NCBI GenBank assembly: GCA_018221245.1
Contig: JAAOYH010000030.1
Location: 1-38,445, forward strand
DNA length: 38,445 nt
Reading direction: 5' to 3'
Origin: Candidatus Woesearchaeota archaeon
GTDB taxonomy: Archaea; Nanobdellota; Nanobdellia; Woesearchaeales; UBA525
The notes beneath the pieces were generated by a model, which had not been told where the DNA came from, did not search any database, and worked only from the letters and a program-made list of their open reading frames with translations. A program made the translations under genes and the position numbers. Below are positions 1 through 9,033 of this stretch, one piece after another; within the stretch, counting starts at the first letter, position 1, and each line of letters begins with the position of its first letter.

Positions 1-9
1 CACAATCAA

Positions 10-82
10 GGGCCTGTAGTTTAGTGGCTATAACGCCGCCTCGACATGGCGGAGGTCGCCGGTTCGAGTCCGGCCGGGCCCA
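10..82 (+). tRNA. tRNA-Val(GAC)
   Basis: Cloverleaf: acceptor GGGCCTG/CGGGCCC plus discriminator A; anticodon stem CCGCC/GGCGG with loop TCGACAT (GAC at 43-45); T arm GCCGG-TTCGAGT-CCGGC; CCA not encoded. Confidence 0.93.
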
Positions 83-92
83 TTATTTTTCT

Positions 93-593
93 ATGACAAA
101 GGACTACTACACGGGAATCGCGGCGGGGTACGACGAGCTTCATGGAGAAGAGCAGGATGCCAAGCTGAAGGAGTTCTTGGAAAAGGCAGTGATACTTCCA
201 GGAGTGGCTTTACTAGATGTTGGATGTGGCACGGGAAGAAGCATCAGATTTCTCAAGCATGTGAAGTGGCAAGGGCTAGAGCCTTCTGAAGGGCTCAGAC
301 TTCATTCTCATAGGGAAGCAGAACGGAAGATAACAGAGGGTGTTGCAGAAAAATTACCCTATCCTGATAATATGTTTGACGTCGTGCTTTCTCTGACTGC
401 GCTCCAGAACTTCTCCGATGCTAAAAAAGGTCTGGAAGAGATGAAGCGTGTGTGCAAAGGATTCATGTTAATATCTTACTTGAAGAAATCTTCCAAGGCA
501 AAAGATCTTGATAAGTTGCTAAAGAAACTTTTCAAAGTCGAGTCATGGGAAGGCGAGAAGGACATGATGTACATCTGTAGGGACAAGACATAA
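93..593 (+). CDS. Class I SAM-dependent methyltransferase
   Basis: Motif I LLDVGCGTG and AEKLPYPDNMFDVV. Start moved to ATG 93 because the ORF-track start (24) lies inside the tRNA. Confidence 0.85.
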   Translation: MTKDYYTGIAAGYDELHGEEQDAKLKEFLEKAVILPGVALLDVGCGTGRSIRFLKHVKWQGLEPSEGLRLHSHREAERKITEGVAEKLPYPDNMFDVVLSLTALQNFSDAKKGLEEMKRVCKGFMLISYLKKSSKAKDLDKLLKKLFKVESWEGEKDMMYICRDKT

Positions 594-618
594 ATACACG
601 CCAGACGATAATACCCGT

Positions 619-1410
619 ATGGATCTCGAGCGTTTCATGGGAAAATACCTTTCGATGTTTGTCTCATCGTACAACCCGAACAATTATGAGCGCATGATTC
701 ACGAACGTCATAGGGAGTTTGTCAAGTTCTTCATCAAAACCCTAGGCATAGGCATGGTGATTTTCCTCTTCACTTTTATGGCGGTCACTATGAATTATAT
801 AGGAAACATCCCTCAGAAGCTTGATACTGTAGAGAGATTTGAGTTCGGAGGGGTCATCAAAACTAACCAGAGCGTCATGATAGTTGCTGATCCGGACATT
901 GTGCTTGATCTTGAGAAGAACGACTCTGAAACTAGCCATGAGGTGGTCATAACTAAGCACGGAGTAATCTATCCGAAGTATCTGTTCTTCGGCAAGACAC
1001 TTGTCCCTTGGTCAGACCTAAAGAATCTGAAGCAACAGACTCCTGCCCGTGATCACATGCTCTATGGGATCGTCCTTTTCCTGCTCCCTAGCATACTAGT
1101 CTGGTTCTTCGTATTGAGTATAGTCAAGATATTCCTCTTGTTAGGGTTCATGCTCCTAGCTGGCTACTACCTCCCTAGGATTTTTAGTTACAGAATACTC
1201 TTCACTCATGTTACTAAGATAGCTCTTCTCACTATGCCTAGCGTCGTCGTCATAGGTATGGGCTTCCATCCTATAGGTAGCGAGCTGTTCTGGTGGGGAG
1301 CTTTCTTGACGCTAACATTCTTCACTTTGGGGATAGCACTTCTCTCTGAAAAGGTCATACGGGCCAGCAGAGGGTTCTCTAAGCAGAAGCGCAGCCGTCG
1401 TAAAGCTTAA
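619..1410 (+). CDS. Integral membrane protein of unknown function
   Basis: 263-aa ORF: one N-terminal TM segment, a soluble loop, about 3-4 C-terminal TM segments and a basic tail; TAAATA about 28 nt upstream. Confidence 0.7.
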   Translation: MDLERFMGKYLSMFVSSYNPNNYERMIHERHREFVKFFIKTLGIGMVIFLFTFMAVTMNYIGNIPQKLDTVERFEFGGVIKTNQSVMIVADPDIVLDLEKNDSETSHEVVITKHGVIYPKYLFFGKTLVPWSDLKNLKQQTPARDHMLYGIVLFLLPSILVWFFVLSIVKIFLLLGFMLLAGYYLPRIFSYRILFTHVTKIALLTMPSVVVIGMGFHPIGSELFWWGAFLTLTFFTLGIALLSEKVIRASRGFSKQKRSRRKA

Positions 1411-1434
1411 AAGAGCCGTTCCCATCCTGCCATT

Positions 1435-2232
1435 ATGGCGTTCGACCCCAGCAGCATCAAGAAGCCAAGACTCCTTCCAGAGCACCTGGACGATGACTCT
1501 TCTAGAGAGGACCATATCGCCGCTCTAGCTAACCAGCTTCACGACCGAGGAATCACTGCGAGCCTCGCTGATGCTAAGCGATTAGCGGAGGGTATGGTGG
1601 ATACAGAACGTCGTGTCATCAGAGGCTCTCGTGAAGATCCAGAGATGGACCAAGCCACTTTGAGAAAGACAGTCCAATCAGGCGCGTTATTTGATGCGGT
1701 CCTAAATCCTGAGGAGCGGTTCACCGCATCTCTACCTGAAGATTTCAGGAGGTTTGTAGAGAAGGCATCCGAGATGAGGGAGCCAATTCCTGAACATGTT
1801 AAAATAGGTCCCAGCATCAGATCAATATCTGAAGAGGATACTAAGTATGATCATCAGGTCTTCTATTCTGATTCGCCTGGAACCGGCACCGTGAGGGGGT
1901 TCAAGGAACAGGAGTATCATAGGCCCATTATGCCTGATATGGTTGAGTCACCGAGTGATGTAGAACCTGAAGAGACTCCTGAGACTGTAGAGGACGAAGG
2001 GTTTGTAGATGTATCTGCTGTTGCTGACCTTCCCAAAAAAGAGCCTGAGAAGCCTGAAGTGGATCTCTCAAAGGTATTCTACACCGGAAGCGGCAATTCA
2101 GAAGCTGTTGAGGAACAACCCGTGCAAGAAGAGACTCCTGAACCCAAAGAGGAGCCGGAACCTGAGAAGAAACCCGAACGCAAACTTCCCGAGGAGGACA
2201 TAGACCTTTTCGACATTTTCAAGAGCGGGTAG
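1435..2232 (+). CDS. Hypothetical protein with acidic E/P/K-rich disordered C-terminal half
   Basis: 265-aa ORF; TTAAAA about 28 nt upstream; low-complexity tail. Confidence 0.7.
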   Translation: MAFDPSSIKKPRLLPEHLDDDSSREDHIAALANQLHDRGITASLADAKRLAEGMVDTERRVIRGSREDPEMDQATLRKTVQSGALFDAVLNPEERFTASLPEDFRRFVEKASEMREPIPEHVKIGPSIRSISEEDTKYDHQVFYSDSPGTGTVRGFKEQEYHRPIMPDMVESPSDVEPEETPETVEDEGFVDVSAVADLPKKEPEKPEVDLSKVFYTGSGNSEAVEEQPVQEETPEPKEEPEPEKKPERKLPEEDIDLFDIFKSG

Positions 2233-2283
2233 AAATCTATTTATATTCCATAGACTTTGTAGTGGTAACTAGGGGGGATATTG

Positions 2284-2649
2284 ATGAACAAGCTGTTTAA
2301 GGGGATGTTAGCCGTTTTGTTTGCCTTCGTTCTGCTGTTGCCTTTTATGGCACAGGATGCAGAGGCATACTACCAGCATTATAGGACTCCGTACGGTTCA
2401 TACGATAGCCAATACTACCGTGCGTCTCCATACGTGGGACAGTCACACTATTCGTACACCAACAATTATAGATATTCTTATGGTTGGTCAGGATGGGGTT
2501 ACAACCAAGTAAGGTATAGGTATAACCAAGTGCCTTCATACAACAGATACTACGGTAACTCGTATTATGGTGGGTACAGCGGCGGCTACTTGTACAGGAC
2601 TTATCCGCAAAGATGGTCTGGTGGCGGATATTATAATCCCTGGTGGTAG
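2284..2649 (+). CDS. Secreted Tyr/Gly/Ser-rich small protein
   Basis: Signal peptide (basic N-terminus, hydrophobic core, AEA cleavage site); mature part dominated by Y/G/S/N/R; G-rich RBS and TTTATAT upstream. Confidence 0.65.
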   Translation: MNKLFKGMLAVLFAFVLLLPFMAQDAEAYYQHYRTPYGSYDSQYYRASPYVGQSHYSYTNNYRYSYGWSGWGYNQVRYRYNQVPSYNRYYGNSYYGGYSGGYLYRTYPQRWSGGGYYNPWW

Positions 2650-2651
2650 AG

Positions 2652-3152
2652 TCAGGTATTACGATACTTCAGTCTGTTGAGCATATTAGTGGCCAGGCCT
2701 AGTTCTTCCTCTAGTTTATCGCTAGTGAGAACGTAGCTCTGGGCATGTTCGACTCTTTCCTTGAATTCCCTATATACTTGTTCTTCGGCGGGGGTCCACA
2801 CTTGCTTGCTGTAGAGGTTGTCAAACTCCTCTGAGGCATTCTCCAGTGTCTGGTAGAGAGGACTCGCAGTCTCACTTGTGGGGTTGACTGAGTAATCGGG
2901 TCCGGTCTCTCCAGGAGCAGTATCGGGAGCGCTCTTTTGCAGCATTTCCTCAAGATTTTCTTCCTCTTGTTCTTCTGGCTGTCTTAGCTCCTCTTCCACC
3001 TCTTCCTCAGATTCCTTTATCAGATCCTCTGTCTCGGCCAGTTGTTCCTCTAGCTCTTTGCTGCGTTTTTCAGCGAGCTCCTTCAGAATTCTGATACGTT
3101 CCTCCGGAGAGAGCTTCTTCAAATCATCTACAGATATGATTTCGTCCGCCAT
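2652..3152 (-). CDS. Hypothetical acidic coiled-coil protein
   Basis: 166-aa ORF with a Glu-rich heptad pattern. Confidence 0.7.
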   Translation of the reverse strand: MADEIISVDDLKKLSPEERIRILKELAEKRSKELEEQLAETEDLIKESEEEVEEELRQPEEQEEENLEEMLQKSAPDTAPGETGPDYSVNPTSETASPLYQTLENASEEFDNLYSKQVWTPAEEQVYREFKERVEHAQSYVLTSDKLEEELGLATNMLNRLKYRNT

Positions 3153-3182
3153 GAAATAGCAAGAACCTGTGCGCTTATATGA

Positions 3183-4007
3183 TTACCGGCCAGGAGGGTG
3201 CATCTCCACTACTGTGCGAAGAGCGTCGACGAGCTTCAGGGTCTCTAAATAATAACCCTCATACTGTTCTCCCGTTATTTCCCTGATCTCCCTCTGCGTG
3301 ATGCCTTTCTGAAGTTGGTATAGCTCCCTCATGATTGTCGGATGACGTTTTTCGAGCATGCCTTTTTTTACGAGAATGCTTTGGAGCAGATTTGGGACGT
3401 GCTCTGGCGTGGCCGGAAGCTCTCCCACTGACATCAGTGCTGCATGAGCTACGTCAATAGCTGCCCAGTAAAGGTCTACTGAGGCACTTAACAGATGTTT
3501 CTGTGCGCTCTTCAGAGTTCTCTGGCTTCTCGTATAATAGGTCCATACAGCTTCCCTGCTTGGTCTTATCCTGCCTGTGCTGAGTAGTGACTGGGCAGCT
3601 CCGAAGAAACCCCTGTCTAGGAGGATATGGCCGTCGCGGAGCATGTTGCTTACCACAGGATCGCCTTCTCTGCAATACTCCCAGAAATTAGTGAGCTTGA
3701 GAGTATTGACATGGAATCTTGGCGATAAATTCGCACCTGTCTTCGCGATGACGTCACGGTAATGTAGGGTGGTCTCAGGAGTTATTTCGTGAGTCACATC
3801 ATCTATGATGAAAAGTATATCGATATCTGAGTGATTCTTCTCGGTCTCTGTCGCGCAGCTCCCGAATAGTACTGCTGCTTTTAGAAATTCTCCGAACTCT
3901 TTATCCAATGTGGAAACAAGCTTTTTCGATACTGTTAGGACAGAACGATGAGGCGTAGATTTCTTAGGTACTTTTCTTACCTTAGGAGCATGTTTCTTCT
4001 TTGCCAA
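3183..4007 (-). CDS. Nucleotidyltransferase (MNT) domain fused to a HEPN-like helical domain
   Basis: VLFGSCA...SDIDIL polymerase-beta-type motif; C-terminal DLYWAAIDVAHAALM is HEPN-like. Start reassigned to TTG 4007, preceded by the RBS GAGGTGAG and a minus-strand TTTATATA at 4041-4048. Confidence 0.75.
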   Translation of the reverse strand: MAKKKHAPKVRKVPKKSTPHRSVLTVSKKLVSTLDKEFGEFLKAAVLFGSCATETEKNHSDIDILFIIDDVTHEITPETTLHYRDVIAKTGANLSPRFHVNTLKLTNFWEYCREGDPVVSNMLRDGHILLDRGFFGAAQSLLSTGRIRPSREAVWTYYTRSQRTLKSAQKHLLSASVDLYWAAIDVAHAALMSVGELPATPEHVPNLLQSILVKKGMLEKRHPTIMRELYQLQKGITQREIREITGEQYEGYYLETLKLVDALRTVVEMHPPGR

Positions 4008-4050
4008 ACCCTCACCTCTCTCTTTGTCGGGCCCCCCGACTATATAAACC

Positions 4051-6090
4051 TTATTCCATCGGTGTCTCGGACCATAATGTCCATTCGGGACTTGGTGCGT
4101 ATCCACCCACTACATAGTTTGTAGGCATGGTGTGTCCCATGTATGCGTTTTGGATGCCACCGAATGTTGGTGCGCCGGCGGAAGTGTTTCCTATTGGGCT
4201 GCCGAATGCGCGCCAGGTCTCTGTAAGTATTCTTCCACGACCGAACCCTTCCTCTTCGTGACCCTCTGATAGTATATCTCCTTTGAACCCTGCTGCTTTC
4301 ATGTCTTTGACCATACCTACCATATCGAATATCCCTTGTCCTACAGGTAGGTGCGCGTGCTCTCCTGTCATGCTGTCTACTACTTGGATTCCTCCTAACA
4401 CGCCTTCCTTGACCATATTATTTGCCTGAGCTTTCATCCATTTGTTGAAGCGGCTTAGCTTGTCCGCGTCTGTCTCTCCTTTCTTCTCAGCGAAGTGACT
4501 GTACCAATTACTAAGGTGGGTGGTGTCCATCATTCCCTTGATGTGCTGCTTTGCAACATCCTTTGCATGAGCTTGGTCCATTCCTTTCTCCATCAACTTC
4601 TGTTTCATGTGATCTCTTGCGCCTTTTATCATCTCTATGAATTCATCAGGGTGGCTTCCATATGATGCGCCCGCAAATCCGATCTCAGGGCCAACGTATA
4701 CGGGATTGCCCAGCTTCCGTTCTTTTGTGATTTTGTACGCGTGCATTCCTGCTTCCGCATAACTGTCGAACGTCTTGTTTTTGGCGTAGGATGAAGGTGT
4801 TCTGATATTCTCCCATACTTGCTCGAGCTCCTTGAAGTTCTGTTGGTACGAGAGTGCCTGTTCTTGGAGGCCGTGTAGTTGGTTCTGGTCTCTTGTGAGC
4901 ATATCTTGGACCACTTTACTGGGTTTTTCCTTGAGCAACTGTCTCTTCATCGAGTCGGGTATGCCCCTTCCTCTGAGCAAGTTGTGCTCAATCCATTCTT
5001 CTTTTTCCTTCTGTCCCATTTTGTCTTCTATATCTTCTGCGAAATGCTTCATCTGGGAAAGGTTTCTAAGACCTTCATATGCATAATCCAAATCTTTGTT
5101 CCAGTGGAGTGCTTGTCCGTGTGCGAGTGCCATTTGGCTCAGGAGTTTTTGTCTGAACGCGAACTCCTCAGGCTTGACATCTTTGTTGTTTGCTTTGTTG
5201 TACTTCTCAGTCTCTTCTCTCACTCTTTTCCAATCCCATTTTTCTGTAACGAACTCTTTTGTGTCTGGGTTCATCACAGGTAGGAGTTTAGAGACTCCTT
5301 CTGGAGTGAACTGATCTACCTTGTTGCCTTCTATGTCCACAAAATCATCAGCTTTCAAGGTATTGCCTTTTCTGTCCTTCTTACCGACAATGTTTTCGTC
5401 TTTGGCAGTTTTGAACTGAACCCTGAAGATATCGTCGTTTGTTCTTATGACTGAACCCTGGATAGCGCGTCCTGTACGGCCGTCTATAAGGAATTTGACA
5501 GTCTCTGCAGTGTCAGGATCATCTATCTCGTTTTGAGAATAGCTGTAGAATAGTTTCTTTCCGTTTTTATCCTTATTCCAGTCAGCGTCTAGAATATCTC
5601 TCTGGAATTCGTTGGCATATATGTCCACGCCTCCTCCGTCAGCGACATCAGCGGCGAACTCTATAGCATTCTTCACTTCCTGAAGATTCTTGGCGCGCTC
5701 CTCTTCTGAGATGCCTCCTTGTTGCGGGTTCCATCCTGTGAGTCCTTGGATTTTTCCAGGGGATAGCTCGACACCTGTAATCTTGACGTCCGATACCATT
5801 GCACGTTCCTTTATTTCTCTCCTAACATCCTTTCCGAAGACGCTTGCGAGTTGACCAGGTCCTGTGCTGCTTTCTCCAGAGATTATCAATTGTATCTTTT
5901 TGGTTCCTATTCTGATGCTCTGCTCGAGATTGCTCAGGATATTTCCTTGTCCTGTATCTATAACTGTGGTGCCTAGTTCACTGATTGGGATTATGGGGGT
6001 CTCTATATCGTTCGTTTCAAGAGCCTCTATGGGTTGTTCGTCCCATTGCCTATCCATTGGCGGCTCGTAGCCGGACATAAACTCTACCAT
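4051..6090 (-). CDS. Xylose isomerase/AP endonuclease 2-like TIM-barrel metalloprotein with a large insertion
   Basis: EERAKNLQEVKNAIEFAADV, GPE, MMDTTH, HAHLPVGQG and ILSEG match the sugar phosphate isomerase/epimerase-like barrel pattern; central helical/coiled-coil insert. Confidence 0.65.
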   Translation of the reverse strand: MVEFMSGYEPPMDRQWDEQPIEALETNDIETPIIPISELGTTVIDTGQGNILSNLEQSIRIGTKKIQLIISGESSTGPGQLASVFGKDVRREIKERAMVSDVKITGVELSPGKIQGLTGWNPQQGGISEEERAKNLQEVKNAIEFAADVADGGGVDIYANEFQRDILDADWNKDKNGKKLFYSYSQNEIDDPDTAETVKFLIDGRTGRAIQGSVIRTNDDIFRVQFKTAKDENIVGKKDRKGNTLKADDFVDIEGNKVDQFTPEGVSKLLPVMNPDTKEFVTEKWDWKRVREETEKYNKANNKDVKPEEFAFRQKLLSQMALAHGQALHWNKDLDYAYEGLRNLSQMKHFAEDIEDKMGQKEKEEWIEHNLLRGRGIPDSMKRQLLKEKPSKVVQDMLTRDQNQLHGLQEQALSYQQNFKELEQVWENIRTPSSYAKNKTFDSYAEAGMHAYKITKERKLGNPVYVGPEIGFAGASYGSHPDEFIEMIKGARDHMKQKLMEKGMDQAHAKDVAKQHIKGMMDTTHLSNWYSHFAEKKGETDADKLSRFNKWMKAQANNMVKEGVLGGIQVVDSMTGEHAHLPVGQGIFDMVGMVKDMKAAGFKGDILSEGHEEEGFGRGRILTETWRAFGSPIGNTSAGAPTFGGIQNAYMGHTMPTNYVVGGYAPSPEWTLWSETPME

Positions 6091-7541
6091 GTGACCATCT
6101 TGTGAGCTTTTTTGTAGATCTTATAGACTAAATAACAAGAGCCATGTGTTTTAGCTGCGATTTTTTTATCGCCACGCCAGTGGGATTTGGACTCTTTGCT
6201 TGGTATGAGCGCGTCTAGTATCGGGCCTGTTGGCATCATAATCATGTCTTTGAATCCTCCTGCTAGGGCTGCGAAGGGTTCGAAAATGCTTGGTCCCCTA
6301 GGTGGTTTTTCATCATCTTTCTTGGGTGCGCGTTTCTTCAAAGGTTCCACGTCTTCGCCGGCCTCTTTCAAGTACTGCATCAGCTCATCACCTAGTTCAT
6401 CAAGGGCTGCACCAAGAGTATCGTCCATCATTCCCAAGAGGTCGAGAGTCTCTTGTTCCCTGTACTGTATGTATGTCTTGACATCATCATCGGTCCAACC
6501 ATAGCTTCTGACGGATAGCTCTACTCTTCCAACGTGTACGGGGCCGCGGTGTTGGTATCCTCCTTTCTCATGAAATTCCATCTGCGGCTTCACCCTATAC
6601 TCGAATGTGCACAGAAGGGTTGGCGCAGGTGCTCCTTTCTTTGGGGCTGCTTTTCTTGCGACGAACTCCATCTCCATCATGGCGCCTTCAAAGCTGCTGA
6701 TGAGGTCAGGGTTGTTGTCGTATTTGTCAGGTGCCTGAAGTTTCTGGACATTCCTTAAGTAGGGTTTTACCCAGCTGATGTACATTCTGATGCTGGCCCA
6801 GTACTGCCTTAGGTGCTTAATCATGAAGCGCTCTCTTGTTCGTAGTTCACTTTCTGTCTGCTTTCTCCACGCCATGTACTTTGATAGCTTCTGTCTGAGA
6901 ACTGATTTGACCTTCTCGTTGAACTCGCCTGCTTTATTCTTGACTGCGCTGTCGACATCGCCGTCGGGCTTGATGTATGTGCTGAAGAAAAGATCGGGTA
7001 GGGTGCCGAATCCTACTTGTTGTGACATCTGGTAGATGTTCATCTGTCCTTTGGTGCCGCCTTCGACCATGTCTGCCCAGTAGCTCTTGAGAGCGACGTC
7101 ATCAGCCTGTTTGCCTGTGGTGGCGCCGTCGTAAAGTTGCATTCTTTCTTTTATGAGTCGGATCTCTCTGATGACTTGGAAGAGCTCTTTGATCATCTTG
7201 TTGATTACTGCTAAATATTGACTGGCTCGATCTTGCTGGAGACCCTTCCTCTGCTCAGTCATTCCCCAGAAACTGCTGTTTTCGGAGGCTGAAAATGTAT
7301 CCAGAGTCTTTATGACATTGCCGAAGCCCTGGTCTTGCCTACAGAAGTTTAGGACGAAGAAATATGTCTCTTCGATGCTTGCTTTCTCGCTTTCGTATAC
7401 GATTCGAAACCGGGTGTGTGGTTTTGGAAATCCTGTCCTGACGTAAGCTCCGAAGTTGCTGGCTAGGTACTCCTCACCTATCTCTTCCTCGAACTGGAAT
7501 TGCTCTATGAGAGGAACTTCCTCCTCTTCCTCCTTAGCCAT
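6084..7541 (-). CDS. Hypothetical protein (485 aa)
   Basis: Long ORF overlapping the start of the downstream gene by 7 nt; TTTATAAA upstream at about 7564-7571. Confidence 0.75.
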   Translation of the reverse strand: MAKEEEEEVPLIEQFQFEEEIGEEYLASNFGAYVRTGFPKPHTRFRIVYESEKASIEETYFFVLNFCRQDQGFGNVIKTLDTFSASENSSFWGMTEQRKGLQQDRASQYLAVINKMIKELFQVIREIRLIKERMQLYDGATTGKQADDVALKSYWADMVEGGTKGQMNIYQMSQQVGFGTLPDLFFSTYIKPDGDVDSAVKNKAGEFNEKVKSVLRQKLSKYMAWRKQTESELRTRERFMIKHLRQYWASIRMYISWVKPYLRNVQKLQAPDKYDNNPDLISSFEGAMMEMEFVARKAAPKKGAPAPTLLCTFEYRVKPQMEFHEKGGYQHRGPVHVGRVELSVRSYGWTDDDVKTYIQYREQETLDLLGMMDDTLGAALDELGDELMQYLKEAGEDVEPLKKRAPKKDDEKPPRGPSIFEPFAALAGGFKDMIMMPTGPILDALIPSKESKSHWRGDKKIAAKTHGSCYLVYKIYKKAHKMVTW

Positions 7542-7573
7542 TATGTCTTCCCCGTCGGGACGGTTTATAAAGA

Positions 7574-7810
7574 TTACTTGTGCAATGTCACAACATGACC
7601 AACATGCTGGACTAGAGTAGCACCAGTCTCAGAAATCAGTTTTTCAACTAGAGTTTTCTTTTCTTCAACGGTCTGCCGCATTCTGACCTTAATCAAACGC
7701 TTCCTTTTCAGTTCAGTACGGATCTGTTCTAGAACACCATCGGTCAATCCCTGCTTTCCAATTTCAACTATAGGCGTGAGATGATGTGCCTTTTTCCTAA
7801 GCTCCTTCAT
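7574..7810 (-). CDS. yhbY: YhbY/CRM-domain RNA-binding protein
   Basis: LRKKAHHLTPIVEIGKQGLT...LIKVR...VQHVGHVVTL is the CRM-domain signature. Confidence 0.9.
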   Translation of the reverse strand: MKELRKKAHHLTPIVEIGKQGLTDGVLEQIRTELKRKRLIKVRMRQTVEEKKTLVEKLISETGATLVQHVGHVVTLHK

Positions 7811-8493
7811 CCGCCACCGAACCTTCTCTCTCGAGAAGAGAATTTTTCAACAGCTTCTTGCAGGTCGTCCGGACCGAAATCAGGGAAGTGTTTTGGGCTG
7901 AAGTAGAGCTCTGCGTATGTGGCTTGCCAGGGCATGAATCCAGAGACTCTCTGTTCTCCAGAAGTACGGATTATAATATCTGGGTCAGGGATGTCAGCAG
8001 TATCCAGTAGTGCCGAGAAAGATTTCTCTGTGACTTCCTTGCCTTCCTTGACAGCTTTGTTTACTGCTCTTAGGATCTCATCCCTTCCTCCGTAATCAAA
8101 ACAAATTTGCAAACCCAGTCCAGTGCAATCGGATGTCAGGGATTCTAGTTCTTCCAATTGGGCTTTGAGATTATCTGGAACCCTGTCGCGCCTACCGAGC
8201 CACCTAAACCTAATATTTTCTTCAACAGCTTCATTCTTAAGATTATCAATCACTTCACCCAGAAGACGAAACAGGACAGTTTTCTCAGGTTCGGAACGTT
8301 TCCAGTTCTCTGTAGAGAATGCCCACAGGCTCAAATATGATATTCCTAAATTATGGGCCTTTACTAATAGAGCCTTCAACTTATCATACTGGGCGCTATG
8401 CTCATGGCCCTTAGTGGCTGCAAGCCCCTTGTCTTTGGCCCATCTCCTGTTCCCATCAGGTATGATTGCTATATGTTTAGGCACATCAGTCAT
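7807..8493 (-). CDS. uppS: Polyprenyl (undecaprenyl-type) diphosphate synthase
   Basis: PKHIAIIPDGNRRWA, AFSTENWKRS, YGGRDEI, PDIIIRTSGEQRVSGF, RRFGG. Confidence 0.97.
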   Translation of the reverse strand: MTDVPKHIAIIPDGNRRWAKDKGLAATKGHEHSAQYDKLKALLVKAHNLGISYLSLWAFSTENWKRSEPEKTVLFRLLGEVIDNLKNEAVEENIRFRWLGRRDRVPDNLKAQLEELESLTSDCTGLGLQICFDYGGRDEILRAVNKAVKEGKEVTEKSFSALLDTADIPDPDIIIRTSGEQRVSGFMPWQATYAELYFSPKHFPDFGPDDLQEAVEKFSSRERRFGGG

Positions 8494-8595
8494 ACAATGT
8501 AGGGGTGTACCGCGACTGTTTTTAAATGTTCCAGAAGATGTAAGAAATATTTATATAGAAATCTTTGATTCCGGCATAGAGGTGGGGGGTGGACA

Positions 8596-9033
8596 ATGGA
8601 CAAACAAAAGATTTCTGATTTGGGGCAACGTATCGCCAGCCAACTTCTTGAGCAAGGTTCTCATGAACAGATTTGGCATGGATATGATCTTGTATTTCAT
8701 GACCCCGACGTTGTGGTGTTTCCGGATGAGGGCCCCAGCCCGTACGCGAAGGTACTTTACAGTGCTGCGGTTCCTGGATTTCCCGTCAAGATGGTAGCAC
8801 AAGTCAATAGGTCGGGAAGTTACGAGGGTGGTTCTGTACGGATACATGTATATGATGGCATGACTCAGCCGGAAAACAAGTTGTTCACGTTCGATAATAC
8901 TGAACTGCTCCGACCATTATTCGAAAGTGCGATGAGCAAAGATATCGAAGACTGCCGAAAAGAAGAGGAATGGTGTTCAGATCTAGAGAAGGTACTTACT
9001 TCAGATGTATCTCCAGTATATCACCATCCTTGA
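8596..9033 (+). CDS. Hypothetical protein
   Basis: 145-aa ORF with a G-rich RBS and TTTATATA upstream; 3' end overlaps the DRG gene convergently by 38 nt. Confidence 0.55.
   Translation: MDKQKISDLGQRIASQLLEQGSHEQIWHGYDLVFHDPDVVVFPDEGPSPYAKVLYSAAVPGFPVKMVAQVNRSGSYEGGSVRIHVYDGMTQPENKLFTFDNTELLRPLFESAMSKDIEDCRKEEEWCSDLEKVLTSDVSPVYHHP

Noticed and set aside
24-92. N-terminal extensions in the ORF track (24-92, 22437-22463, 4008-4106, 11880-11975, 12305-12445)
   Set aside because: They overlap tRNAs, neighbouring genes or promoters; better starts with an RBS or TATA box lie downstream.
8123-8847. ORFs 8123-8797(+) and 8551-8847(-), and the many other short antisense ORFs
   Set aside because: Shadow frames of well-supported genes, with no recognisable motifs.
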